From an uncultured Bacteroidales bacterium (GTDB lineage: Bacteria; Bacteroidota; Bacteroidia; Bacteroidales; JAGOPY01), in the NCBI GenBank assembly GCA_963701785.1, contig CAVPBC010000003.1:320271-384270 (forward strand): a stretch of DNA of 64,000 nt. The letters run 5' to 3'. The notes beneath the pieces are model-generated. The model searched no databases and was not told the DNA's origin. It was given only the letters and a program-made list of their open reading frames with translations. Positions 52,871 to 64,000 of this stretch are shown one piece after another. Position 1 is the first letter of the stretch. Each line of letters begins with the position of its first letter. Both the position numbers and the translations under genes were made by a program.

Positions 52871-53593
52871 TTAAGCAATCCTTTTTCTTAAAATATTCAT
52901 TTCCGTAAGGATCAGGCCTATGAAAATTACGGAGAAGAAGAAAATCAGGTCCCTTGAATCAATCACGCCACGGGAGATAGATTCAAAATGTTGTGAAATA
53001 CTCAGGAAACTGATGATCTCCCCGAGGATACCGGACATGCTGCTTGCCAGGAGGTCGAAAATAATGTGGAAGAAGATGCCGATTACCAGGGCAACCAGGT
53101 AAGCGACGATCTGGTTATTGGAGAGACTGCTGGCAAAAAGGCCGATGCTGATGTAGGCACAGCTGATCAGGATCAGGCCGAAATATCCACTGATGACGCT
53201 TCCATGGTCGACCGGGCCAAGCGAGGCAACCGTGATATAATACGGTAGCGTCAGTCCTAGGGCGATAAGGATCAGGACCAACGTCGCCGTGAATTTTCCT
53301 GCGATAACCTGCCAGTCGCTCACCGGCCGGGTAAGGAGCAATTCAATAGTCCCGGACTTATTTTCTTCGGCAAAAAGCCTCATCGTGATAGCCGGGATAA
53401 AAAAGAACAGGGTCCAGTAGGCTATCCCGAAGAAAGCCTGAAGGCTGGCCTGCTTGATGAAAAATATATCGGTCCCGAAAATCCAGGTAAAAAACCCGCT
53501 GAAACCCAGGAAGGCGACCATCATGATATACGCCATAAGGGAATCGAAAAACGAACCCAGTTCCCGTTTTGCTATTGTCCAGATTTGATTCAT
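52871..53593 (-). CDS. gldF: ABC-2 type permease (GldF-like)
   Basis: A six-helix membrane protein that starts MNQIWTIAKRELGSFFDSLMAYI. Confidence 0.7.
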   Translation of the reverse strand: MNQIWTIAKRELGSFFDSLMAYIMMVAFLGFSGFFTWIFGTDIFFIKQASLQAFFGIAYWTLFFFIPAITMRLFAEENKSGTIELLLTRPVSDWQVIAGKFTATLVLILIALGLTLPYYITVASLGPVDHGSVISGYFGLILISCAYISIGLFASSLSNNQIVAYLVALVIGIFFHIIFDLLASSMSGILGEIISFLSISQHFESISRGVIDSRDLIFFFSVIFIGLILTEMNILRKRIA

Positions 53594-53636
53594 ACCGTAA
53601 TTTATTGCTCCTGCGGATAAATCCGCAGGTAAATTA

Positions 53637-54566
<930 letters not shown>

Positions 54567-54698
54567 ATGCACCAAAATTTGATGCAAAAGAAATAAATTT
54601 TGAAGATTTTTGAAAGATGAGTAAAGAGGTGTTTTAACAAAATTTAACAGCTAACTGAGGTTCAAGACATTCAAGCTTACAATGCTTCAAGTCTCAAG

Positions 54699-55269
54699 CT
54701 ATTCAACGGCCGTTCCTTTGAATGTCATGTTGAATTCTTCCCATTTTTGCGTTTTGTAGGCATCTGAGCCAATATAATTCAGGATGGCTTCAAATTCAGG
54801 TGCTTTCCGGTAACCGGGCACGGTGGTGACTTTCTTCAGGTTTTCATCGAGAAACACAAAGGAAGGATAAGACATCCTGCCGGCCAGCAATTCCTGTGCT
54901 AAATCATGCGATGAGCGTGTGCCCGTCGGGTTTGCATTTACGAATTGTGTTCCGTTGAAATCGACTGTGTCTTTTCTTTCAGCATTGAATTTAACAGCAT
55001 AATAGTGCTGGTTCATGTATTCAACCACTACCGGGTTGATAAAAGTTGCCGCGTCCATTTTTTTACACCAGCCGCACCAGTCGGTATACATATCGATGAA
55101 CATTTTCTTTGGTTTCTTTTTATTCTGCGCAACAGCCTCTTCGAAATCCAGCCATTTGATTTTAGCAGATGATGCCGGGGCGGCCTGTGCCTGAGCTTGT
55201 GTTCCTGTTGGAATAAGAAATAAGGCACCGGCGAATTATGATAAGACTGATAAAAAAGTTCTTTTTCAT
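54699..55269 (-). pseudogene. secreted thioredoxin-fold protein (WCGWC active site), one frame break in the signal peptide near 55235
   Basis: Translation MKKNFFISLII / FAGALFLIPTGTQAQA...KMFIDMYTDWCGWCKKMD. Confidence 0.65.
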
Positions 55270-55389
55270 AAAATTAATTTTTTGCGAAAATAAAACGAAT
55301 AACTGTGCAAAATTGTTCATTGTTGTTAATTTGTGTTAAACGCGGAGGGAAAACCTCAAAAGGGTTGTCTCATCAGAGACTTTTTGTTT

Positions 55390-55491
55390 CACGCAGATTA
55401 ACGCAGATCTAATGCAGATTTTCGCAGAATATTAAATATCAAAAAGTTAGTATATGCGATATCTGCGAAAAAATCAGCGAAAATCTGCGAG
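55390..55491. repeat. word-repeat hairpin (cgcagat words and inverse atctgcg copies)
   Basis: cacgcagattaacgcagatctaatgcagattttcgcagaat ... gcgatatctgcgaaaaaatcagcgaaaatctgcgag. Confidence 0.8.
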
Positions 55492-55525
55492 AAAAAAACA
55501 GTATGACCTATGAGAAACCTTAAAT

Positions 55526-55984
55526 TCAATAATCCTTTGATCGTTCAATTTCACGTTTAACATCTTTTTTTTTAAGCGTTTCGCGTTTATCATAGCTGTG
55601 TTTCCCTTTCGCCAGGGCTATTTTCAGCTTGGCAAACCCTTTTTCGTTGATAAAAAGTATAAACGGAATGATCGTAAGCCCTTTTTCACGCGTTTTTGTT
55701 TCGAGTTTTCTTAATTCCCTGGCGTTTAAAAGCAATTTTCTGTCCCTTTTCGGATCGTGGTTGTAATGTGTCCCCAGCCTGTATTCAGAGATATGGAGGT
55801 TTCTGACGAACAATTCGCCATCAATAAAGGTACAGAAAGAATCAACGAAGCTCGCTTTGCCTTCCCGGATCGATTTGATCTCGGTACCGGTCAGCTGTAT
55901 GCCTGCCACGAATTCTTCCAGGAGGAAATACTCGAAGTAGGCCTTCTTGTTTTTAATGCTGATGGTTTTGGCGAAAGTGCTCAT
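55526..55984 (-). CDS. smpB: SsrA-binding protein
   Basis: Translation has [41 protein letters not shown] and [14 protein letters not shown] 55984 is preferred as the start. Confidence 0.9.
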   Translation of the reverse strand: MSTFAKTISIKNKKAYFEYFLLEEFVAGIQLTGTEIKSIREGKASFVDSFCTFIDGELFVRNLHISEYRLGTHYNHDPKRDRKLLLNARELRKLETKTREKGLTIIPFILFINEKGFAKLKIALAKGKHSYDKRETLKKKDVKREIERSKDY

Positions 55985-56092
55985 TGTGATTTGAAACGGG
56001 TTGCAAAGATCGGGAAAAAAGTGGAATGGTGGAACGGTGAAATGGTGATAAGGGTGAAACATTCCTGGCAGGTTGCTGAATCCTTTTTTCAC

Positions 56093-56139
56093 CACATAGG
56101 CACACTAGGGCACATAGGAAGCACAATAGGTCTATATGG
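56093..56139. repeat. cacatag-family element, truncated copy 3
   Basis: cacataggcacactagggcacataggaagcacaataggtctatatgg. Confidence 0.7.
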
Positions 56140-56308
56140 TTAAATCAATTTGTTCCAATGTTCCAGGATTCCAAATTTCTATTTTCTATTTTCCAATTCC
56201 GACCGCTTTAATGGCACGCAGATAAAATGGATACAACGGATTTACGGTGATGTGATCCGTGTAAATCCGTCGCATCCGCGGAAATCCGTGTGCTATTTAA
56301 ATCTTAAA

Positions 56309-58730
56309 TCAGAACTTCAATTCTATCCCGGCAAGGAAATTAATCCCTGCCTGTGGAAAATATCCATCATAAACACCATAAGCTCCTTCTGAATAATACC
56401 GGTAAACCCAGGCGTTAGATTCATATTCCGTGTTGGTGAGGTTGTTGAACTTCACACTGAAACCGAGTTGCTTCAACGATTTAAAATTCATGCTATACCT
56501 GATCAGCAGGTCGTTGACAAAATATGGATCAAGTTTCCGGTCGTTACTGGAAGTATTGTCAATGTATTGTTTTCCAACATATTTACTGAATAGTGAAAGT
56601 TCAAGTTTATTGAAAGGTTCCCAGGTAATAATACTGCTGCCGCGTCAAGGACGGTGAAAAGGCGATATCGGTATTGCCCAGTTCATTCATGACCTGGTCT
56701 GGCCATTGGTCCCAGTTGTCGATATATTCAGTAAAATCTATTATCTTGTTAGAACTCAATGTCGTATTGATATCCCAGCGGAGATTTTTAAAATGCGGAT
56801 GCCAAGCGACAATTCAATCCCGGTGCGATAGCTCCTGTCGACATTTTCCATGACCGGGTCGCCGACATCATTGATACGGCCGGTCAGGACCAACTGGTCG
56901 AGATAATACATATAATAAAGATTGGCAGAAGTGAAAGATACCTGCCGGCTATGGAATTTATACCCGGCTTCGCCATTGTAGAGCCGCTCGGCAGTGGGGT
57001 ACGGGCGGTCAGGATTCGCGTCGATCAGTGCGCTGCGGTTGGGTTCCCTGTTTCCGACAGCTAGCGACAAATAGGCCTGGTTCTGATCGTTAAGATCAAT
57101 AAAAGCGCCAATTTTCGGGTTAAAGAAGTTGTAAACGTGTTCCTGGCTGATATCCCTCAGGTCATTATCGATGCCGTCGATACGTGTAATTAATCAGTCG
57201 GTATTGCAGGTCACCGTAAAGATTCAGTTTTTCTGCCGCCTGCCAGTTGATCTTAGCGTAAATATTCGCATCGGTCTTGTCACTCTGGCTTTCGTACCAC
57301 CTGTAATTCGTTATCAAATTGATAGGCAATTTCGGACCAGGAAAGCATCACCATAATGATTCCCGTCGTAATAATTGAATGCCCCGCCGATCGTAGCCCG
57401 GATCCGATTATTATTATCGAAATTCAATCCGAAAGTAAAACCATAAAAATGATTATCAAGGTAGCGGCGTGTGACCGGTACGAAAGACGCAACAGTCCTG
57501 GATCCGATCGCGGCACTTAAAAGTTTAACGACGGTGAAGCCACTGACGGTAATGATATTCTTCATAATAGCCTATGCCGCGTGTATAATGGAGCGCCGTG
57601 CTGATGTTCCAGTTTTTGCTGATATTCTGAAGCCAGTTCAGATGATAATGGGTTTGCCGGTAATTATCGGTCTGATTATCGTAATAATTCAGATAGCCTG
57701 AATAATCGGTGATATGCACCAAGCGGATTGAAAGTCCGGTTTGTATCGAGGATGTAACCGGGCACTCCGGCCCATGCCTGGTATGTTTCTTTCGTTACCG
57801 GATAATACCATCAGCCTGACGATTGAATTTTTTCCGAAATATCCTCCGGAAACGGTAAAAGAAAACAGATCAGCTGAAGCTCTGTCGATGTAACCGCCGG
57901 AATAGATCAGGGAGAATCTGTCATCGAGCGCCCATCTTTTTTTGATCAGGCCGGTACCTGCCTTACTGGTTAATTTAAAAGTTTTAAAGGAACCGCCTGA
58001 TATGCTGGCCTCTCCATAAGGCGTAACTTCCGGGTCATCGCTGCGGATGTTGATGCTGGCGCCGAATGCTGCCGCGCCATTGGTTGATGTCCCGACGCCC
58101 CGCTGGATCTGGATGCTTTCGGCCGAAGAGGCGAAGTCGGGCAGGTCAACCCACCAGACGCCATGAGATTCCGAATCATTCAGCGGGATGCCGTTGATGG
58201 TAACGTTGATCCGGGTGAGATCCGTGCCCCTGATCCGTAAGATTGCTGTAACCGATCCCGGTGCCGGCATCAGAAGTGGTCACGACTGATGGGCTGGTTT
58301 GAAGCAAATAGGGCATATCCTGGCCCAGATTCACCTGTTCAATCTCTTTGCTTGTGATGGTTGAAAAGGTAGTGGGAGAGTTTTCCGGGGCCCTCGTCGC
58401 CGTGACGATAACCTCCGAGCCCATGATGGCTGAAGGTTTCAGTCTGATATTCAGTGTGGTATCTTTATTAATTTTTAAAGTAGATGAATACTTTTCATAA
58501 CCGATATAAGTGACATTAACCTGGTATTCACCGTGTTTTAGTCCTCTGATTATGAATAGACCGGTGGAGGAAGATATTGTAGCTATAAAAGTATTTTCAA
58601 TGAGAATGTGTGCTCCGGCAAGAGGTTCCGAAGTCACCGCGTCTGTTACCGTTCCAATAAGGCTGGGTTGCCCAAAGGACAGAACCGGTATAAAGACGAT
58701 CCACAGAAAAAAAATTTTAACCCGTTTCAT
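56309..58730 (-). pseudogene. TonB-dependent receptor (CarboxypepD_reg + plug + barrel), nine frame changes by hand translation
   Basis: The ordered pieces read GTVTDAVTSEPLAGAHI; RIRGTDLTRINVTINGIPLNDSESHGVWWVDLPDF..SIQIQRGVGTSTNGAAAFGASIN; ETYQAWAGVPG; HYTRGIGYYEEY; ...; C-terminal FPQAGINFLAGIELKF. I saw no in-frame nonsense codons inside the pieces. Confidence 0.8.
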
Positions 58731-58748
58731 TTTATTAGACTTTTCATT

Positions 58749-58782
58749 GCCGACCGCTGACCGCTGACCGCTGACCGCCGAC
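58749..58782. repeat. (CGCTGAC)n array between the riboswitch and the receptor start codon
   Basis: gccgaccgctgaccgctgaccgctgaccgccgac. Confidence 0.8.
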
Positions 58783-58811
58783 TTAAAAAGGGGAACCGAA
58801 AAAAAAGAGAG

Positions 58812-58896
58812 GATATCTCATTCCTACGCCGGCATTACCCGGATCAGGTTCAATGGGTATGATCTCAGCCCGTTCTGTTAAGGCACCCCTGAATTT
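58812..58896 (-). promoter_or_regulatory. TPP (thiamine pyrophosphate) riboswitch aptamer
   Basis: The minus strand reads aggggtgccttaacagaacgggctgagatcatacccattgaacctgatccgggtaatgccggcgtaggaatgag. This matches the THI-box consensus GGGGUGC..GGCUGAGA..ACCC..ACCUGAUCYGGRUAAUGCCRGCGUAGG. Confidence 0.88.
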
Positions 58897-58974
58897 GAGT
58901 GCTAAGTTACGAGTTTTTAGTGCTGAGTTGTAAGTTTTGTGTTAAATTTTAAGTTGTAAGTTGGGATTTTTTTA

Positions 58975-61361
58975 TTATTTGTCAATAACTATCATTTTTC
59001 CCAATGCTGTTATCTTTCCAATATTCAGCCTGTAAAAATAAAGCCCGGAAGGCTGGTTTTTTCTTTGCCATATAATAGTTTTATATCCTGCCGTCTGGTT
59101 ATTGAATATCCAATGATCCACGCGGGCTCCTTTGGAATCGAATACATCCAGGATAATATCACTATTATTTTCAAGGGTGAAAGTAATCCTTGTATCATCG
59201 CTAAACGGATTCGGGTAAAGGAAGAAGTGAGTATCTTTTTTTCATCAATGATACCAATTGGTTCATTCTGGTACTCATAAGTTCCCATATCTATTAAGAT
59301 TCCAAAAAGTCGCGGATTTCCAGCAAGATCTAATTCGGGCAGGAATAATCCGGTTGTGTCAGGAGACCCGTGATTAATCGCGGGACTGTTTGCTGAAAGA
59401 CTCAGGTCATCCGGAAATGAAATAAAATGGGGATCTGAATTAACAAGATTGCCTGTTCCGGTATAATTAACCAGTGAGTCATTATATAACAATGTGTAAT
59501 TGAGCGTGGCATAACCTTCTATATCGTTATCCGAGCTGTAATTCTCCAAAAAATTCTTGGCGATAATAGAATTAAAGACTGTTACCGGTTGATCGGTTGA
59601 GCAGACACCTCCGCCTTTTCCGCGAGTGCTGTCTGCAACTAAATTAAATTCCCTTCCGGGGCCTGGTAAAATTTGTGCTGTACCGGTACTGTTGTTTGCG
59701 ATCGTATTATTGACAATTACTGAATTTGAATTTTTAAGATAAATTCCACCTCCGGAACCACCTTTTGGAAGGCCATATTCACCGTTGGGAGGAATGCTGG
59801 TTTTATATACAGCATCTCCACAAAAATTGGAACTAACCAAACAGTTTATTACATGGATGATTGCATCTGATTCATAGACAGCCATCCCCCCTCCATTTCC
59901 TCCGGACAAATAGATATAATAATTAAAATAATCTTTCTCCAAAATGGTACCTCCATTCCCGGTCCTATTATCATCGATGTTACAATTTCTCATAAAAGAG
60001 TTTTCAGGTGCATTTATAATACATATGCCCCCTCCGTCTCCGCCATTGCCACCTTTATCAGCCACAAAAGATGCATTTGCCCCATTACCTGTAAAGTTTT
60101 CATTAAGCAGGCAGTTTTCGATATTAAAAAAGCTCTCCTTTAGATAAATGCCTCCTCCGTCACCACCATCGCCTGGCCTTTCAGGGTAACCATATGTGCC
60201 TGATTTTCCACCATATCCCGTGAAGTTCATCATAATATCAGTCGAATCAATTGATAAATGACTGTTAAGAGCATAAATTCCGCCCCCTGAGCCACCATCC
60301 CCGCCAAAACCCCTTTCGTTCCCGCTTCCGTAATTCCCATACCCAGTGTAATTACCATTAAGGTTAGTATTTTCTATCACTACCTGGCAACCTGACAGGA
60401 AAATTGCCCCTCCGTTACCACCATTTCCGCCATCACAAGTATTTTGTATATCATGCGCATATCCGCCATTTCCTGCTGAATTTTCATTAAAGCTGGAGTT
60501 TGTGATCGTGACCAGGCAACCTTCACAGCATAAACCACCTCCATCACCTCCTTCACCCCCGGAGCAACCAGCGGAGTATGTCACCCCGCTGGCATTTCCC
60601 CCATTACCTGTATGGTTGGCTTGAAATGTACAATTTTCCAGTATAAGATCATTTGAGCAATAAATGCCACCCCCTTTTCCTCCATTGCCGCAGTCCATAC
60701 TGCTCCAGTCAAATCCGCTGGATCCATCAGCGCTATTGCCGGTATAATTAGCGGTAATCTGGCATCGGACTAAAGATAAGCTGCCGGAAGAATAAATCCC
60801 TCCTCCATATCCTCCGTCTCCTGTTTCTTCAGCATCTATATCAATTCCTTCCCCTGTGCAATTACTTTCTATTCTGCAATCCATTAAAATGAGATGATTA
60901 TTTAAATCAGGATTGTAGACTCCACCCCCATGCTGGCCATCTAAAATGGATCCGTAACCATCGGGAGCATTGCCTCCTGATATTAATAAATTGTTAAACT
61001 CTACGGTCACTGAATCCAAAGATTTAATATGGAATATCCTGAATTTTAGTCCAGTTTCTACTCTTTTAATAATAGCGTTTCCAGGATTGCCTGATATGAC
61101 AATGGATTTGTCGATGAAAAGCTCACTGGTTGTAAGGAAAACACTATCCACATCTGGCATAAACCTAATAGTGTCGCCTTCTCCGGCATCAAGTATAGCC
61201 TGCCGAAGTGATCCAGCCCCACCGTCGTTGCCGTTCATTACGAAATGAGCTGTTTGTGATATTGAGACTTCGTTAAACAAGCAAATTAACAGGAAGGCCA
61301 GGCTATGTATATGTATCTTAAACCTTAAATTTTCGGCAAGATTATAAGAATTGGTTCCCAT
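58975..61361 (-). pseudogene. large beta-helix surface protein (GGGIY-type repeats) with a T9SS sorting domain; the C-terminus is out of frame after an A7 tract
   Basis: More than 12 repeats of N..GNGG.GGGIY type. After the A7 run (59236-59242) the adjacent frame reads KKDTHFFLYPNPFSDDTRITFTLENNSDIILDVFDSKGARV...GLYFYRLNIGKITALGKMIVIDK, a canonical T9SS domain. Confidence 0.75.
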
Positions 61362-61373
61362 CTCACAATTAAT

Positions 61374-62042
61374 TTAAATTTTTGAAAGATCTAAAATATT
61401 TGGATTAAAAGAACTTTCAAGAATATACCTGGGCAGGTCAAAAACAGCCAGCGCCGATTTATCGATGATGGTTGAATCGGAGGTGGCGATAATTCCAACA
61501 GTTGCCTCTCTGATCAGGTGGTCAGGAGATGGATCGGTAATGATTTCAATCAGTGGTATTGTACTTTTCGACAATTCCCTGAGTTTCTCCATAATGGCCA
61601 GGCCATATTCGAGAGGGTTATCAATGTAAATTACTACTTTCTGAATTTTTAATTCCCCCAGGCAATCCACAAGCAGGACAAGACTTTTGTCAAGATGGAC
61701 TTCCCAGTCACCACTGCCGTGACTTTCGGAAGCATCGCGGAGGAGCCCGTCATTCGAAATAAAAACCGGGAAACCGCGGAGATATGCCGCTAAAGTGAAT
61801 AAAACATTGAAAAGGTCGATATGCAGGATCCGATTGTTCAATTGTTCAATTGTTATTTGTTTGGCTTTTCTTTTGCCGGATTTTTCATTTGTTGTAATGC
61901 CGCGATACAGCATCGAACGCTCGAAATGACTGAGGGAATATCTTGTAGAAATAAGCTCGTGGATGGCTTTTTCGGGATATTTTTTATCCAGGAGAAGGAT
62001 GTAATCCTTCAGGGCAAGCTGGAAGTTTTCGGTCAATTGCAT
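61374..62042 (-). CDS. hypothetical protein, possibly DUF434 N-terminal domain plus a PIN/NYN-like C-terminal domain
   Basis: The N-terminal stretch ALKDYILLLDKKYPEKAIHELISTRYSLSHFERSMLYRG resembles the DUF434 pattern as I remember it. Confidence 0.35.
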   Translation of the reverse strand: MQLTENFQLALKDYILLLDKKYPEKAIHELISTRYSLSHFERSMLYRGITTNEKSGKRKAKQITIEQLNNRILHIDLFNVLFTLAAYLRGFPVFISNDGLLRDASESHGSGDWEVHLDKSLVLLVDCLGELKIQKVVIYIDNPLEYGLAIMEKLRELSKSTIPLIEIITDPSPDHLIREATVGIIATSDSTIIDKSALAVFDLPRYILESSFNPNILDLSKI

Positions 62043-62104
62043 TTATCTGGAAAATTCTGACAATAAAGTTAGTTATAGTATTTGAAGAAGTCAAGCAATT
62101 CATT

Positions 62105-62223
62105 GAGACTCCATCTCATTCAACCGAGACTCCATCTCATTTTTCCATTACAAGTTGTTTATAATAAGTAAGTTTGAAAATTGTATTTTGAGATGGAGTC
62201 TCTTTAGTCGGAGATGGAGTCTC
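62105..62223. repeat. 2 + 2 inverted-repeat module (gagactccatctc x2, then gagatggagtctc x2) around a 51-nt AT-rich loop
   Basis: The copies lie at 62105-62117, 62126-62138, 62190-62202 and 62211-62223. The module sits in a divergent spacer. Confidence 0.85.
62169..62176 (+). promoter_or_regulatory. putative -7 box for aroQ, located in the loop of the inverted repeat
   Basis: taagtttg. Confidence 0.35.
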
Positions 62224-62249
62224 TGGGGAAAAAAACTTAACTTTGAACT

Positions 62250-62669
62250 TTGAACCTGATCATCATCAACGGCCCCAATCTGAACCTGCTTGGTAAGCGG
62301 GAACCTGATATTTACGGATATCAATCCTTTGAAGATTATCTTAACAAATTGAAAGAAGTTTTCCCTGGAATCTCCATCGATTATTACCAGTCGAATATTG
62401 AAGGTGATTTGATCAATGCGATACAGGATGCGGGATTTAAAAAGGATGGGATCATTTTTAATCCAGGTGGTTACAGCCATACTTCTGTGGCTATTGCCGA
62501 TGCTATGAAGGCTGTGCCTGCAAAAATTATCGAAGTCCACATCAGTCATGTTTTTACCCGGGAAGAGTTCAGGCAAACGATGATCACTGCTACGGCTGCC
62601 GATGGCTTTATTTGCGGCCTGGGCCTGGACGTTTATCGCCTGGCTATTTTGGGGCTTCTCCGGGATTAG
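62250..62669 (+). CDS. aroQ: type II 3-dehydroquinate dehydratase
   Basis: Translation has LIIINGPNLNLLGKREPDIYG, YQSNIEGDLI, NPGGYSHTSVAI and EVHISHVFTREEFR. It has a TTG start. Confidence 0.88.
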   Translation: MNLIIINGPNLNLLGKREPDIYGYQSFEDYLNKLKEVFPGISIDYYQSNIEGDLINAIQDAGFKKDGIIFNPGGYSHTSVAIADAMKAVPAKIIEVHISHVFTREEFRQTMITATAADGFICGLGLDVYRLAILGLLRD

Positions 62670-63705
62670 GGGTGAACCGGCCAGGATCAAGCTGCCGGAA
62701 AGATTTTTTTCTCTGCAGGTAATGTTGCAACACGACATTACCCCAATAAATCTGCGAAACCTTGAGATGCGGGATTTTTTCCCTCTTTTGCCGGAGCCTG
62801 GACAGGTTTCTCCAGAAATAGAAATGTGCCTTGATTACGGCAAGCATATCCCTGAACCCTCCGTCTACCAGAAACTTAAAGGCCGCAATATAATCAAGGA
62901 CGATGCGGGCGGCAAGTACCCTGACCAATCTGTCCGGCTCCAGGTTTTTAAACAGCATGATGATATTATTCCGGATATTCAGGTAGGTTTTCCGTGAATT
63001 ATTCTTGGGCAGGGTGCCTCCTCCGATATGGAAAATCGTCGAATCAGGGCAATACATGATCTTATAGCCCTGGTTTTTGGCTCGCCAGCAAAAATCAATT
63101 TCTTCCATGTGGGCGAAAAAGTCATCATCGAACCCGCCCAGCTTATGAAACACATCTGCCCTGACGAACATGCAGGCGCCGGTTGCCCAGAAGATTTCCC
63201 TCGCCCGGTCATATTGCCCGTCATCATTTTCCAGCGACTGGAACAATCTACCCTGGCAGAATGGGTATCCGTATTTATCGATAAATCCGCCCGCTGCACC
63301 GGCATACTCAAACCTTGCAGGATCATTATATGACCTGATCTTAGGCTGGCATGCCGCAACAGACCGTTCTGACTCCATCAGCTCAATTACAGGATTGATC
63401 CAGTTTTCAGTAACTTCGATATCCGAATTAAGGAGGATATAATAATCGGCTTCGATTTGTTTAAGAGCAAGGTTATAGCCGCTGGCAAATCCATGGTTCT
63501 TTTCAAGCCGTATGATCCTGATACCGGGATGATTTCTTTCAAGATAAAGCAATGAATCATCTGATGAAGCATTATCCGCAATTATGATTTCAGCAGTATC
63601 CTTACTGTTCTTAATTACCCCGGGAAGAAACCTTTCCAGGAACTTTTTTCCATTCCAGTTTAGTATGACTACGGCTGTTTTCAAAGCAGATGTTTGGTGT
63701 GCCAA
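62644..63705 (-). CDS. family 2 glycosyltransferase
   Basis: Translation has VVILNWNGKKFLERFLP, IIADNASSDDS, NHGFASGYN and LLNSDIEV. Its 3' end overlaps aroQ by 26 nt. Confidence 0.8.
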   Translation of the reverse strand: MAHQTSALKTAVVILNWNGKKFLERFLPGVIKNSKDTAEIIIADNASSDDSLLYLERNHPGIRIIRLEKNHGFASGYNLALKQIEADYYILLNSDIEVTENWINPVIELMESERSVAACQPKIRSYNDPARFEYAGAAGGFIDKYGYPFCQGRLFQSLENDDGQYDRAREIFWATGACMFVRADVFHKLGGFDDDFFAHMEEIDFCWRAKNQGYKIMYCPDSTIFHIGGGTLPKNNSRKTYLNIRNNIIMLFKNLEPDRLVRVLAARIVLDYIAAFKFLVDGGFRDMLAVIKAHFYFWRNLSRLRQKREKIPHLKVSQIYWGNVVLQHYLQRKKSFRQLDPGRFTPNPGEAPK

Positions 63706-63735
63706 AAGTAGTCAAAATTAATGCATTTGCAATAG

Positions 63736-64000
63736 CTATGCCCCTGGCTCACTTCTGTGAAACTTCCATCTTTTGTGCGACCAGAGCCAGTTATCAGGCT
63801 GACGGTTTATGGATTCTTCGAGCAGCCGGATGTATTTATCCGTAATTTCAAAATCGGCTGTCTGATTAGGTTCATGTGTAATTAATTGAATTTCACATGA
63901 ATATCTTCCTCTTGCCTGGCGCTTGATATCCATATAAACTACTGAAAAGTCGAGGGACCTGGCTAATTTCTCGACCCCCATATAAAAAGGAGTGTCCTGA
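63736..64000 (-). CDS. lipid A / lysophospholipid acyltransferase (LpxL/HtrB family), C-terminal part; the gene continues beyond the window
   Basis: The C-terminus is ...QPDNWLWSHKRWKF, typical of this family. Confidence 0.55.
   Translation of the reverse strand, partial: QDTPFYMGVEKLARSLDFSVVYMDIKRQARGRYSCEIQLITHEPNQTADFEITDKYIRLLEESINRQPDNWLWSHKRWKFHRSEPGA

Noticed and set aside
62644-62669. The 26-nt convergent overlap of the aroQ and glycosyltransferase 3' ends as a regulatory antisense arrangement
   Set aside because: Short convergent overlaps are common in compact genomes, and there is no additional structure or conservation evidence here.

Overview
A 64-kb chromosomal segment from a Bacteroidota bacterium. 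The phylum call rests on T9SS C-terminal sorting domains, a gldA/gldF/gldG-type ABC operon, TAnnTTTG -7 promoter boxes and the 16S sequence. Most genes are housekeeping: cdaA, folP, tpiA, prmA, plsY, dnaN, pckA, ppdK, pyrBI, argS, smpB, aroQ and a saccharopine-pathway pair. One complete rRNA operon (16S-tRNAIle-tRNAAla-23S-5S) lies on the minus strand at about 37.9-43.0 kb. Accessory content comprises an MmeI-family type IIL restriction-modification enzyme with an orphan HicB-like gene, bracketed by a duplicated leader plus small secreted-protein module; a HicAB pair; a DUF4160/DUF2442 pair flanked by perfect direct repeats; an exosortase-like membrane pair; and large T9SS-sorted surface proteins. 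A clear TPP riboswitch precedes a TonB-dependent receptor. I found no transposase, integrase, CRISPR array or phage genes. Two things stand out. (1) About 25 reading-frame breaks, strongly clustered (folP region, 17.9-19.1 kb, and 9 in the TonB receptor). These are most simply assembly indels, but the clustering needs checking. (2) The intergenic DNA is unusual. Almost every spacer carries short words repeated in tandem, often mirrored into long hairpins. A GC-rich palindromic element family has one copy inside the folP reading frame and others running exactly from stop codon to stop codon. I did not recognise a clear-cut novel multi-gene system. The repeat and palindrome biology and the two repeat-bracketed cassettes are the best leads. 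All coordinates come from hand translation and counting, so RNA ends and regulatory sites are approximate.
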